Shown: positions 1 to 12,282 of the stretch, piece after piece
How positions within the stretch are numbered: the first letter of the stretch is position 1
How the letters are laid out: the number at the start of each line of letters is the position of its first letter
NCBI GenBank assembly: GCA_038087875.1
Contig: CM075978.1
Location: forward strand, 81,530,001 to 81,594,000
Length of the DNA: 64,000 bases
Direction of reading: 5' to 3'
Source of the DNA: Malacoraja senta
Taxonomy: Eukaryota
Notes under the pieces: model-generated
Databases searched by the model: none
Seen by the model: only the letters and a program-made list of their open reading frames with translations
What the model was told of the DNA's origin: nothing
Translations under genes and position numbers: made by a program

Positions 1-374
1 ACTAGGATTAGATATTAGGGATACATTGATCAGGAATAGAGAACAATTCTACCATATTGGAGGATTGGTTATTTTACCAGACATTGCCTATGTACCGTGC
101 AATCTGTTTTTAATATGCATTGCTTTTGTCATGTATTAGATTTCACTTTGCTTTTGTCACATAATAGAAGTAGAGAATTACATTGAATCTGTTCCTGACA
201 TTAACACAGAATCAATTACTGTTCAAGAATTGTAGAACAGCAGTGAGTCAAATCAAGATGTTACAAATACCTCAGTTGCATAGGTATCAAATGCTTATCT
301 TTACCTATAGGTATCAGTAGGTTCTTGCATTATGAAACTGGACAATAAGCATTTTTTTGGGTGCAGGGGACGCT

Positions 375-660
375 TGAGACTGCAGATGTTATAATCTGGA
401 TCAAAAAATAAACTGCTGGAGGAATTCAGCCGGTCAATTAATATCTACGAGGCAGAGGGATGGGATAACATTTTGAGTTGGGACCCTGCATCCGAACTTG
501 GAGGAGAGAGAGCCAGTATAAGAGCTGAGGGACTGAGGCGATGCAGGAGATGGATGGAACCAAGTGAGGAGTTCACCAGATGGAACCAGCTAGGAGGGTG
601 GGAGAGTGGATGGATGTGGAGGCTGAAGGTGGAAGATAATGAAGACAAGAAACAGCTGGT
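375..660 (-). mobile_element. Degenerate Penelope-like pLTR remnant
   Basis: ctgcagatgtt...aaactgctggaggaattcagc...gttgggaccct matches the reverse complement of the pLTR tail seen in younger copies (46285-46373, 59008-59138). Confidence 0.6.
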
Positions 661-788
661 GATTCTGAATTCTCATATTGGTTTGTTACTGTCATGTGCA
701 CCAAGTGAAAAGCATTTTGCGTGCTATTGTGGCAAATCATACCATACATGAACATATTGGGTCGTGCAAAAAGAAGAGTATCGCATTG

Positions 789-1530
789 GGCTAATTACCT
801 TTCCCAGGGCTAAATATTGCATACCATATGAAAATACAAACTAAAATACTGCAACACATTGGTCCCTGTGTGCAGGGTCTTGTACAACAACAGGAAAGTT
901 ATTTTCAAATGGGAATATGAAGTAGTGTTGACATCATCACAAAAAAAAGGCAAGTGAATGTGTTGTCTTCTGTGAGTGCAACCTATTGGAAAGCATTCAT
1001 TGTGGGTAGATTCTTTTGTTATTTACCAAAAAGGATCTTAGCAGTTCCTCGAAATACTGCTAAGAAAATTATTCCAAGGTAAGCAGTTTTTCTTGTGTAC
1101 CAATATCTATTGAACTAGATCTGAGATGAATTACTTTTGAACTCTGTCCTGTCGCCACCAAAGAAACAGATGGACTTAGAATTTTGGTCTGTGGCAAAAA
1201 CTGTCAGCTTCCAACAACATCTGAATTTGTCAAAGCTTACCTTGGAATAATTTTCTTCGCAGTATTTCGAGGAACTGCTAAGATCCTTTGTGGTAAAGCA
1301 CAAAAGATTCTACCCACAATGAATGCTTTCCAATAGGTTGCACTCACAGAAGACAACACCTTCACTTGCCTTTTATTTTTCATGATGGCAACACTATTTC
1401 ATATTCCCATTTGAAAATAACTTTCCTGTTGCTGTACAAGACCCTGCACACAGGGACCAATGTGTTGCAGTATTTTAGTTTGTATTTTCATATGGTATGC
1501 AATATTTAGTCCTGGGAAAGATAATTAGCC
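789..1530. repeat. Long inverted repeat: 296-bp arms (789-1084, 1235-1530) with a 150-bp spacer
   Basis: By-eye alignment of the left arm to the reverse complement of the right arm is colinear, with about 14 substitutions (~95% identity). Confidence 0.97.
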
Positions 1531-1671
1531 TGATGAGACTTCTTTTTCACCATTTTTCCTGAGGTTCATTCAGCTGCTAATCTAGATTCCCTGGTGGATG
1601 CCATTAAATCAAGGTTCTGTCTACCCTTTCATCTGTGATTCCATAGTAATATATATATATTTTGTTTAATT

Positions 1672-1860
1672 ACAGGGGCATACTCCCTGGTACTCTGGCC
1701 AACATTTAATTCTTGGCATGACTTAAATAGATTATTTGTCAGTATCTCATTTGTGGTGATTTCCCAAATACACGTTAGCCATCATGATTCTTGTATCACA
1801 GCTGGGAGTACACTTAGAAAGTGCTGTGGTGTAGCCCTTGAGAAGCTGGCTGAAATGATG
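1672..1860 (+). mobile_element. Ancient Deu-domain SINE relic (SacSINE1/AmnSINE1-like)
   Basis: ctccctggtactctggccaacattt...agattatttgtcagtatctcatttgtgg...tacactt resembles the Deu central domain. Confidence 0.55.
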
Positions 1861-3248
1861 GTAGATCTTTTTTCAATTTTTAATCACTGCACAGCTTTAG
1901 TTTTCAACCTCTCTTACAAAGGATATCACCCTTCATTTTTACTACAAACCTCCTCAGAATTCTGTACACTTTAATTGAATTTCTCCTCAGTACCTTTATT
2001 ACAAATGGAAACAATTCCAAGCTGGTAGATCATTCCTCTTAACTACATTTCTTAAGACCTGTCAATATTTTGCCAGATCGTTTCTGTGCCCACTCTACTA
2101 TTAATCTTGTTCTGTGGTGTGGTGACCAGAACTGCTCACCGTACTCTGGCTCAGCCTATGCAGTTCTGTATGGGTCTAGTATGACTTCCCTTCTCATGTT
2201 CTGTGCCTCAGCCAATAACAAAAAAAATAATTCTGTCAAAACTCCTAATCAATTTAGCTTTCTGTTGCACATACTGAGCAAATACACTTCAAGACCCCAT
2301 TGTTCCTCATCACCTATTAATCACCAATCGTTGTGCATTCCTTTTTTGGGTCACACTTCTCAATGGTTGTTCATGGGGAAAGAACAATATGCATTACCCT
2401 CAAAGATGAATTAATTTGATATAATGGGGATTGTTCAGGGGAAGCAGCCAAATTGTTTCATTGGTAGTTATGTGCATGAAGAGAAACTCAGAACTGATGT
2501 TTTCATTAGCCCCAAAAAAATGTTCAGAGGAAACTTGATCTGAGTTTTCCAAAGCTAAATTAAATAGAGAATGGAAATGCAGGAGGCTATTCAACTTGGA
2601 TCGTATGAAATTAGATCAATGCAAATTGAACAAGCTTTAGGAAAGCCATTCGCTTAGGAAGAATGCTTTTCCACAGATTGTCCCTCTTATGGAAACAGAC
2701 TCTGACCTAGAGTAGTTAATCCTGTGTTAATTAACATCTTTGAAAATAGCTAGATGTTATTTAGGAATGTAATTTAGGATTACAGAGAAATATACATGTA
2801 GAGGTAATCAAATGTTCTGAAGAACATGATCAAGTCCACTGGTTTGTGGTTTTTGCAGAATATTAGACAAAAACATTATATGTAGAAGGGATTCATGGAA
2901 CAAGATTATTCATTCATCATAAATTAATTCTTGAAAGGAGACTATTGCAGTGTTTGCAGAATTTTAAAATATAAATAGCACAATTACATAATTATAAACT
3001 CCGCATGAGACAGTTATAAAGCAAATCTGAATTGAAAAAATGTGATATTATATGACTGAATAAAATATTTGGAGACTTCTGTGACTGCTCATCAATTTAA
3101 ACTGATAGCTGATAAATCTCAAGAGGCTAATGACCTAAATCGTGGAGATTTGAAAGAGGCAGCTACAGAAATAATGGATGCTATGATTATTTTCCAAAAT
3201 TCCATGGGTTATCGAAAAACATTCTTGTAGATCGGAGGATAGGATTGT

Positions 3249-3560
3249 AGGACACAGTGGGGTATAGTTGGTGTTGCTGCTGCACAGCTTCTGCGACCTG
3301 GATTTGAACCTGATCACCATGGCTGTGCAAGTGGAGTGCACACATTCACCTTGTGATAGTGTGAGTTTTCCTCCGTGCTCCAGGTTCCTCCCACATCCAG
3401 AAGACATGCTGGTAGGTTAATTGGGCTTCTGTGAATTACTCCTCATATTGAAGGTTAAGAGGGCAATGGTGCAGAATGTGATGGGCACATAAGATATAAT
3501 AGGGGGATAAAGTGGGATAAGATTGGGACTGATGGAAGTATTCTCAGAGCCGGCAGAGGC
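3249..3560 (+). mobile_element. Old tRNA-derived V-SINE
   Basis: Degenerate A/B boxes followed by the V-domain gtggagtgcacacattc...ttttcctccgtgctccaggttcctcccacatcc. Confidence 0.75.
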
Positions 3561-3589
3561 CCCAGCAACTTCCTTGGATAACATATCTG

Positions 3590-4440
3590 AAATGTGTTGC
3601 GACTATTTAAGAAAGGTGTAAAAATGAAATGAGGAAATATTGATCTTTCAACAGTCAGTTTGGGAAAATCCTGGAATCAATGACAAAGATTAATGATAAA
3701 AGACCTGAAAATATTGACATGATTGAGTGGAATCATGAAAGGCAAACTACCTTTAACAGAGTCGGAGAGTGAGTGGACAAGGGGTACTTGGTTTTTTTGA
3801 GGATTTTTGATAGGGTCCCACACAGGAGGTTAGAGTTCATTGAATTAAGGATAATACAGTATGCCAGCATGAATTAAGACTGTTGACAGATAGAAAACAC
3901 GTGTCAAATTAGCATGCTCTAATTCGTGGCCAGCAGAGTCATGAAGTCATACAGCATAGAAGCAGGCCACAGAACCCAACTCTGTCATGTGGGCAAAGAA
4001 GATTTACGAGGATGTTGCCAGGACGAGAGCTACAGGAAGAGGTTGAGTAGACTAGGACTCTATTCCTTGGAGAGCAGGAGGATGAGGGGTGACCTCATAG
4101 AGGTATATCAAATCACTTGAGGAATAGATCAGGTAGATGCACAGAGTCCCTTGTCCAGAGTAGGTGAATCAAGGACCAGAGAATAGGAATCTGAAGGGTG
4201 ACATTTTCACACGAAAGGTGGTGGGTGTATGGAACAATCTGCCAGAGGAGGTAGTTGAGGCAGGGTCTATCCCAACATTTAAGAAACAGTTAGACAAGGT
4301 ACATGGATAGAACAGGTTTGGAGGGATATGGGCCAAATGCGGGCAGGTGGGACTAGTGTAGCTGGGACATGTTGGTTGGTTTGGGCAAGTTGGGCCGAAG
4401 GGCCTGTTTCCAAGCTGTATCACTCTATGACTCTATGACC
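3590..4440 (+). mobile_element. CR1 LINE fragments (old RT piece plus younger 3' end at ~3990-4440)
   Basis: SYRKRLSRLGLYSLESRRMRGDLIEVY is the CR1 ORF2 C-terminus; tail gggccgaagggcctgtttcc...(ctctatga)n. Confidence 0.85.
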
Positions 4441-4444
4441 TAAG

Positions 4445-4880
4445 ATAATTCTATTAACCAATTATCCCTCTAAACCTTTCCAATCCATGTACCTGTCCAA
4501 CTGTGTTTTAAATGTTGTTATTGTACCAGCCTCAATTGCTTCCTCTGGCAGCACGTTCTACATACCCACCAGCTGTTTTGAAAAAGTTGCTGCTCAGATT
4601 TCCTTTCCCACCTTAAACCAATGTCCTTTGGTTCTTGATTCCCCATACCCTGGGAAAATGACAGTGCATTAACCCTGTCTATTTCCCTCATGATTTTTAC
4701 ACCTCTATAAGATCACTCTTCAGCCTCCTGCGCTCCAAAGAATAACATTTTAGCCTGCCCAACCTCTCTCTATAACTCAGACCCTCATCTTTGTAAACCT
4801 TTCTGCACACTTTCCAGCTTAATAGCATCTTTCCTAGTGCAAGGTGACCCCAACTAAACACAAAAATCTGAGTGCTACCT
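4445..4880 (-). mobile_element. CR1 LINE 3' fragment
   Basis: Reverse complement of the CR1 3' region (ccatgtacctgtccaac, cctctggcagcacgttc, acctctataagatcac). Confidence 0.8.
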
Positions 4881-4884
4881 CATA

Positions 4885-5385
4885 CTCCACACGGGTAGAT
4901 TATAACCCCACGATATGAACATTGCATTCTCCAATTTAAATAACACTACACCTCCCCCCACCCCCCCTCCCCCTTCTCTCTCTCTAGTATTTCCTCTCAA
5001 TCCAGCACACCAATTCCTCCCAAGAACCCACTCCTTATTTTCCCCTTCCCACTCCTATGTCCCTTTTCACATATAACCCTCCCGCCAGCTTTACATTTCA
5101 CTCCTTTTCTCTCTTTATCTGACTCCCACTTGTCTCCTTTTCATATCTAATCTTTGTCCGCCAATCTGCCAACCAAACCCCTCTCACCTGTATCCATCGA
5201 TCACTTACCAGGCTTTGTCCCACCCACCGCTCTTTTCCAGCTTTCTCCCCCTCCCCTAACAATTAGTTGGCCCTAACCAAAATCGTTGCCTGTACATTCC
5301 CTCCAGAGATGCTGCCTGACCCATTGAGTTACTCCAGCACTTTGTGTTTTGCTGAGGATTCCAGCAAATTCATCCCTTCTGTTGC
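4885..5385 (+). mobile_element. Penelope-like 3' fragment (end of GIY-YIG ORF plus pLTR)
   Basis: atgaacattgcattctccaattt (ORF end, compare GLNIEFSQF), pyrimidine tract, gatgctgcctgacccattgagttactccagcac. Confidence 0.8.
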
Positions 5386-6194
5386 CAAAAGATAATATTT
5401 TTTTGTTATTAACTGGGTTTAATGTTCTTATGTGGCTGAGATCATAATTTTAATTCTGATTAGATTTGCATGCAACTGTGACTTTCTAGACAGGAGGAGG
5501 CTGTCCTCATTGCAGGACTCATAATTGAAAAGGTTAGATTTTCTCACAATTGGATCCAGGATGAACAAGCGACTTGAATTTCAGAAGGCTGACAATTCCT
5601 TGCCGTTGATGACTTTCAGCAAGGAGTTACGAGGTCTGGTTATGAGAATCACCACAATCTTGTTCTGTCGTGGGTGGATGGATAATTCACTGAAGCTGCT
5701 AGTTTTCCACTAGAAAGTTAAAAATCTCTTTCCCCTTATCATTGTAAAACCTGGCCAGGAATTGCATAATATATCTTTTTTCTGTTGTTTTTTTTGCATG
5801 CTCGACCACAATTGGTTGAGATTGAAAGTAGCATCTCTGCTATTCACTTTAAACGTGTCTGTTATTTAACTTTCATTCTTTATACATTTGTATCTCAGAT
5901 TTTCCAGTTTCTCTGTGACACTGAGTACTAATAAAACCCCTTTTGTGCCTACATCATTACTTCACCAATCTATATGTGTTTTTTGCACCTCTTGTCCCAC
6001 TTTCTTATGTTTAGGTTTTGGTTGTTTCAATTGATTTAGATATCAAGCACATTTATGTGGATTAGATTACTGGTAGTGAAAGTACAATGGAAGATGTATT
6101 TGGTTGTCAGAGGGAAATCATTCCAGCTGTGTGGCATTGCTGCAACAGTTCCTCAGTGCAATATCCTGATTGGGGATGATCAAATTTCCATTCT

Positions 6195-6305
6195 TATCAT
6201 TGGGGATGATCAGCTATGATCACATTGAGTGGCGGTGTTGCCTCAAAGGGCCGAATGGCCTAATCCTGCACCTATTGTCTATTGTCTATTGTCTATTGTC
6301 TATTG
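6195..6305 (+). mobile_element. CR1 3' tail with (TCTATTG)n
   Basis: gatcagctatgatcacattgagtggcgg...aagggccgaatggcctaatcctgcacc followed by a 7-bp tandem tail. Confidence 0.8.
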
Positions 6306-6696
6306 ACTTGAAACATCACTTATCCATGTTCTCCAGTGCGTTTTCAATGTTGGCACTTTTAAGTAGTACGATTTCAGTTGAAATTGAGTAAAATCTGGTA
6401 ATTCTGTGATTAAATCAGAACTGCCATTTTATTCTACAATCGATAAGTTGAAAATCTCACTGCAAATTATTTTTGGGAACTCCATCAATGTTTATGTCAT
6501 TTGGAGGAGTTTTCTTCAGCATTTATTTTCCAGAGTAAAATGAAAATCCTGTTGAAAAATAGAAATATATTTCCCAAAGATTACAAAAGCACCTAGAAAT
6601 GAATGTAAAATTGTTTTGTTGATAGATCTGAGGAAAATATAGGACTGTATCCTTTTATTCCATATCTCACAAGATTTCTCTACTGCTATCCAAGAT

Positions 6697-6714
6697 CGGC
6701 CACCAGGTGGCTTC
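6697..6714 (+). promoter_or_regulatory. Candidate CTCF motif
   Basis: CGGCCACCAGGTGGCTTC matches the CCACCAGRKGGC core. Motif only. Confidence 0.35.
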
Positions 6715-7149
6715 TGAATTGATCTCGGGTGGGAATGAAAATTCAATTTAAGCAAAACACATTTTCTCCTTCCTCTTCAGTTACATTTGTGAATGATAAG
6801 TAGTCAGCAGCAGTTTCTCAGTGTGGCTTCATAAGGCAATGATGAAATTAACAACTGAGAGGAGTGTATAAAATTCAGGGTGCAAGAAAAGGCCATGGTA
6901 GGTCTGGAGGAGATTGCAGAAGTAGGGAGGGGTGAGAATATCTATATAGGGAATTGAAAATAAGAATGGAAATTTGAGTCTCAGGTGAGTGTTTACTGGT
7001 ATGAATGTAGATCAGCAAACACCTCATGCAAATTGAGACAGTAGGATGCAGAGTTTTCGATGAACTCATTTGTACAGAGTAAAATGTAGGAACGTGTTGG
7101 AGAAATGAAATATGGAGGTGGCGAATGCATGGTTGATGGTGCCAGCAAC

Positions 7150-7235
7150 AGGTAAGGTGAGGTAAAGTGAGGTAGGTCATAGAGGTGAGGTAGGTCACAG
7201 AGGTGAGGTAAGATGAGGCAGGTCGCAGAGGTGGG
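7150..7235. repeat. Short minisatellite (~18-bp unit GAGGTGAGGTAGGTCA(C/T)A) within an old LINE relic
   Basis: Three to four imperfect direct copies are visible. Confidence 0.8.
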
Positions 7236-8689
7236 AATAAGTAGTCCTAATCTATGGTTAGAAAGATCATTCTGGAGTACAGCCCTGTATTTTCCAGAGT
7301 GAGGATTGGAGCTGTTGACAAGGAAATAAAGTTGTTGGCAATGATCAAAGGCTTTGGCCTTCCTAGTATGTTGATTACACCTCCATTAATCATAAATTTT
7401 GTTTATTCCATGGACAAATCTACAATGGTTCAAAGTATTCTCATACTATGAATGATTAAATGAATAAAACATTTCTGAATATATACTGTGACGCACATAG
7501 TGCATGCTTCTAATTGTTATTCCAATGGATTTGAGAAGTTTGACAATTGCAATAAGCAAGTGGAACATCCCGCTTTACTTTGCAGATACAAATTTGCATG
7601 TGAAGCATCTTTAAATTTAAAAGAATTATATCATCTGTAATTTATAGCTGAGCTGATGCTTTCTCTGTTTTTGTAAAACTGTTGCTGATAGATATTTTAA
7701 GTGATCTTGCAGTGAAAAGGTTTCTATAAATTCATTTGTTGGCTAGTTTTCATTTAGGTGGGATGGTAAATGAACAATTTATTGGATGGTTCAATGTAAT
7801 AAAAATGTTGTCTTGTTCTAAAAATTAACACAGTGAGAAATTCATCACCCAGCTTCGGCAACAAAAAATAACTTGCTTATGTTCACATGTGCTAACAAAT
7901 CACAGAGACTAGGTGGCAAACTAATAGTCAGAATTAATTCGTGCCAGACATTAGTCATTAGATTTTCTGACTTCATCCATACGCCAGATGTCAGAAAAAT
8001 TCAGAATTAGATGTTAACTTTAGATTTGCATTGAATTTGAGCCAAAAGCAAAATATCTAAGATGATATGAAAGAATATAATTGAAAATTTAGTAGTCTGA
8101 TTTAATCTTACTAGCTAAAATTGCTATCATCAACTTCATGCAGATTCAGACTGTTTAGGTTTGAGACAAAAAGAGTCTTTATTCTCAATCGTCAGAATAG
8201 CACAGCCGCTGAATTTGTTTTGTCTATGGAACTTATTTCTTCCTCCTTTGATCCTATTTGTACTAAACTGCATACCAGTTGACACAATTTGTGGCCTTCG
8301 TGTTGGCTTTCATCAGCTCTCACCTCAGAAAAACTCATTTAGCCCTTAAGTTTTTGTAAATCAGTCCGACTAACAATCTTCCTTCATTTGCCAAACTCAT
8401 TGAAGACATTTCCTTGCAAGATTTGTCTTAATGTTCTGGTAATTAAATAGATGAACCTTTTCCATCAGATATCTGCCGCAGTAATAGTTATACTACAACC
8501 TCTCCTGCTTTACATTTGAATTGTTTTGTTGTGCTTGAACCATCGGTTATTCTTATCAGCTCATGAGAAAGCTGATGGCATTACATTCGTCCTGTATCTC
8601 AAACTCTCTTCTCTCAAGTAATCTTTGCCTTATGCTCTGATGAAACACTTCAGGGGTCTTGTCATGTTAAACGTATTATACTGGACAGT

Positions 8690-9100
8690 GGTATCAATGT
8701 GGAGAATATTAATATGCAAGGTCAGTTTGAGATCAAGAAGGAGGTGGTTTTGGCACACTTGAAGAGCATTAAGGAGAACAAATCCCCAGGGCCTTATGGC
8801 ATATATCGCAGGTTAGTAAGAGAGGCAAGAGAGGAGATTACAGGGAACCTGAAGTTGATCTTTGCAACTTTTCTAGCCACAGGTGAGTTCCCAGATGACT
8901 CCAGAGTAGCCAACATTGTTCCTTTGTTTAAGAATGAAAATCGGGAATCCAGGAAATTATATGTCAGTGAGCCTCATGACAATGGTAGGGAAACTATTGG
9001 AGAAGATTCTTCGGGATAGGATTTACTGTCATTTGGAAGACAATGTGCTAATTAGGGACAGTCAACATGGCTTTGTACACGGCAGGTCATGTCTTAATAA
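8690..9100 (+). mobile_element. CR1 ORF2 RT fragment
   Basis: KSPGPYGIY...ANIVPLFK...PGNY.VSL...GKLLEKILRDRI...SQHGF..GRSCL. Confidence 0.92.
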
Positions 9101-9119
9101 TTAATACTAACTAATACTT

Positions 9120-9489
9120 AAGATCCCTCTGTATATCAGTACTATTAAACATTCAGCCAATTGCTATACTCATCTCTTGCACTTGACATCCCAAAGTGCA
9201 TTGCGTCACATTTATCTGGGTTAAATTCCATGTGCCATTTCTCCATCCAAATTTTCTACTGAGTATAATCCTCCCGTTTTCTTTGACAAACTTCTTCACT
9301 GTCCATTTTCATGTCATCTGTAAGCTTACTAATTAGACTACCTGCATTCACATCCAACTCATTAGTATACATCACAGATTGACATTTCTCCAACTGGAGG
9401 CCTGTGACCAGTGGTGTTCCACAAGGATAAGTGCTTATTTTTGTGGAACACCAACGGTCACAAGCCTCCAGTTGGAGAAATGTCAATCT
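9120..9489 (-). mobile_element. CR1 ORF2 RT fragment (downstream part, opposite orientation)
   Basis: NELDVNAGSLISKLTDDMKM (ISKFADD motif) and the VTSGVPQG region. Confidence 0.8.
9376..9489. repeat. Near-perfect palindrome: 56-bp arms, 2-nt loop
   Basis: 9376-9431 versus the reverse complement of 9434-9489 shows 5 mismatches. Confidence 0.95.
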
Positions 9490-9744
9490 ACCACAAACCT
9501 CTGTCTTCCAGCCATGTTGGAAACCCTTACGAACGTCACTAAATAACCTTTATGATTTTTCTCAGTACTTGTCTTCAGTATGCTTTTGCCAGTCTGGTAT
9601 TTCTCCAGTGACTGGAATGTAGATGATGAAGGGATGCTGATTTGCAATGTTGTTAATGAGCTTGGAGAATTCATTCAAGCAGCTCAGAGCTTAGAAAACC
9701 TAGAATCAGAAAACATCATTTCCTATGAGTGCCAGCAGACTCGA

Positions 9745-10262
9745 TTGACATTCAAAAGTCAAGGGTGTTTAATTGTCATATGCACAGGATGTGAACAGGA
9801 ACAATGAAATCCTTGCTTGCTGCTGCTTTACAGGCATATATTATATGCAACAACAACAAAAATAAATATACAATAACATGTCAGTTATTCTAAGTAAACT
9901 AGACCATGATAGAACAAAAACAAAAGTAGGCAAAGCAACCATAGCACTGCAAAATCTGTAGTGGTTTGGTATGGAGGTAGGATTGTGGTTCGGGTTTTGC
10001 AGAGTGGTTCAAGAACCAGAAGGATAATGGGAAGAAGCTGTTCTTGAAGCTGGTGGTAATAGTTCTCAGACTCCTGTGCATTCTTCCCAATGGTGGAAGT
10101 GAGACTCGAGCATGGCCAGGGTGCCATGGGTGTTTAATGCTATTAGCTGCCTTCTTGAGGCGATGCTCCCTATAGATTCCTTTGATGGTGGGGAGGTGAG
10201 TACCCACAATGTCTGCAATGGGATAAGGTCAGCATTCACAATGTCCACCACTTTCTGCAGCC
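9745..10262 (-). mobile_element. Rex1/Babar-type LINE 3' fragment
   Basis: LPTIKGIYREHRLKKAANSIKHPWHPGH...SFKNSFFP; 3' tail ...tgacaattaaacacccttgac. Confidence 0.85.
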
Positions 10263-10911
10263 TCTTTTAACTGTGTAGACAAGTTATCAGGAGTATTCAA
10301 GGACATCTGTGGCCTCCTCATATGCTAATTTGTGGTTGCCTCCTGCTATAAGATTACTATCATCCCAGTTGCCAAAGAAAAGCAAGGTAGCATGCCTTAA
10401 TGTTAACCATTCGGTGGCTGTGACATCCACTGGGTTCATAGCAGATGCCATCTCCCAGGCCCCTATACTCATCCCTAGATGACAAAGACACCACCATCAG
10501 ACTCCTATTTATTGGCTTTGCTTTACCTTCAACACCATAATCCCAACCAAACATCTTCAAACTCCTGGATCTATGTTTCTACCCCCCCCCCCCTCACTTA
10601 ACAACTGGATCCTTGACTTTCTGACCCATAAAACCCAATCAGTGAGGATAGTCAACAGGACATCCTCCACAATAATTCACAACAGCTGTGCCCTGAAAAA
10701 AAAACAACCCTTAGCCCTTTGCTGTACTTTTTACTCTCACAGCCAAATTCTGCTAGAACTCCACTGACAAGTTTGCAGATGATGCCATCATAGTAGGCTG
10801 TATCTCGACGATGATGAGACAAAGTACGGGAAGCAAATTGAGAGCTTACTTGCAAGGTGTCAAGACAACAACTCTCCCTCATCAAAATGAAGGAGCTGAT
10901 CAATAACTTTA

Positions 10912-11227
10912 TGGGCTTGTCCAACTGAGGCCAATTTTTAGGCAACTACAGGTGACTAGTTTGTTGCCACATGTCCACCGGTGGTCATCGGTCGTGGTCT
11001 CCTCAGTCGTGCAAAAAGTTGTAGTGTCTTACGGGTCACCGCTAAATTGTCAACGTTGAAAAATTTTTGGCGACGGTGGGTTTGACGCCGATGAGTTTAG
11101 CTTCACGTAGGTGCTGTCGTAGGTTGTCGCCAGGATGACGTAGGTTGTTGCCGTTTTTTCGATGACCTGCTACGACTATGACAGTTGCTGGCAGTTGCCT
11201 CAAAAATCGCCAAGTGGGACAGGCCCA
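10912..11227. mobile_element. PIF/Harbinger-type MITE, 316 bp, TTA TSD
   Basis: TIRs tgggcttgtccaact.../...agtgggacaggccca; TTA at 10909-10911 and 11228-11230; removal restores host aactttaggaag (NFRK). Confidence 0.9.
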
Positions 11228-11315
11228 TTAGGAAGCAGGGTGGAGCACTCACTCCAGTGTGTATAAATGGTGCTGAAGTGAAGATGGTTGAGAGCTCCAG
11301 GTTCCCAGGTGTAAA

Positions 11316-11894
11316 TGTGAAGGAGGAAAAGGGGAATCAAGGTTTAATGCGTACGTGACCAGGAGCTAATTGTTGAAACATGGCGTAACTAAATTGCGGA
11401 ATCACAGAAAGCTTGCAAGGCTGCTAGCTATGGACTACTAAAGGGGCACTGATAGACCACGGGAAATAACATCTGGACAAAGGACACGGAACTGATACGA
11501 GACTACGGAAGTGAGACAAGAACAGAGAACTACAGAATATAGATAGGTCCATATGTGGCCATGTTGGAGCTGACCATAGGGAAAATTGTGATATTGTAAG
11601 TAACTGATCTAATGACCACATGCAGGACTGTTTGTATTCGGTAATTATCATCCAACTCCTGACCGTTTGTAAGGCCGTTGGTGTTGGGTAACCAAACTCG
11701 TGATTACCCGCAGGGCCCCTTTGTTCAATGTATAAATATGCTGCTGAAGCACTGTCAGTGAGTGGGTCTACAAGGGACTATCAGTATACGAGCATATTGG
11801 TTGTAACTCTCCCACTCCCGCATGCGAAATAAAGGATCATGTTTCTAATGACATTTGTCTAATGTGTTCTGTTGTGTCTTAGTGAACTTTCACA
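11316..11894 (+). mobile_element. Solo LTR, 579 bp (Gypsy- or ERV-type)
   Basis: TGTGAA...TTCACA termini; 4-bp TSD TAAA (11312-11315, 11895-11898); TATAAA at 11731; AATAAA at 11828-11833. Confidence 0.9.
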
Positions 11895-11978
11895 TAAATA
11901 TAAATAATGATTTGACCCAGTCCAACCACATCAATACGGCCAAGGTAGCACACCGACGGCTCTACCTCAGAAGGCTAA

Positions 11979-12282
11979 GGGCAGCACAAGGGTGCAGTGA
12001 TAGAGTTGCTGCCTTGCAGCACTGTAGACCAGGTTCGATCCTGACTACAGGTGCTGTCTGTATGCAGCTTGTGCGTTCTCCCCATGACCATGTGGGTTTT
12101 CTCCCGTGCTCTGTTTTTTTCCCACATTCCAAAGACATGCATGTTTGTAGGTTATTTGGTTTCCATAAATTGTCCCTAGTGTGTAAGATAGAACGAGTGT
12201 ACGGATGATTGTTGGTCGGCGTGGGCTCGGTGGGCTAAAGGGCCTGTTTTCAAGCTGTATCTTTAAACTGAACTAAACTAAA
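11979..12282 (+). mobile_element. tRNA-derived V-SINE (HE1-like)
   Basis: B-box ggttcgatcc, V-domain, CR1-like tail gggcctgttt...(taaac)n. Confidence 0.92.

Noticed and set aside
1034-1078. ILAVPRNTAKKII resembles a DnaJ N-terminal helix
   Set aside because: Too short, no HPD motif and no further exons.
7150-7235. CRISPR-like array (also considered for 61554-61824)
   Set aside because: These are tandem repeats without unique spacers, in a eukaryotic context with no cas genes.
11979-12050. SINE heads as tRNA genes
   Set aside because: They have A/B boxes only and run into the V-domain and LINE-like tail; no complete cloverleaf.
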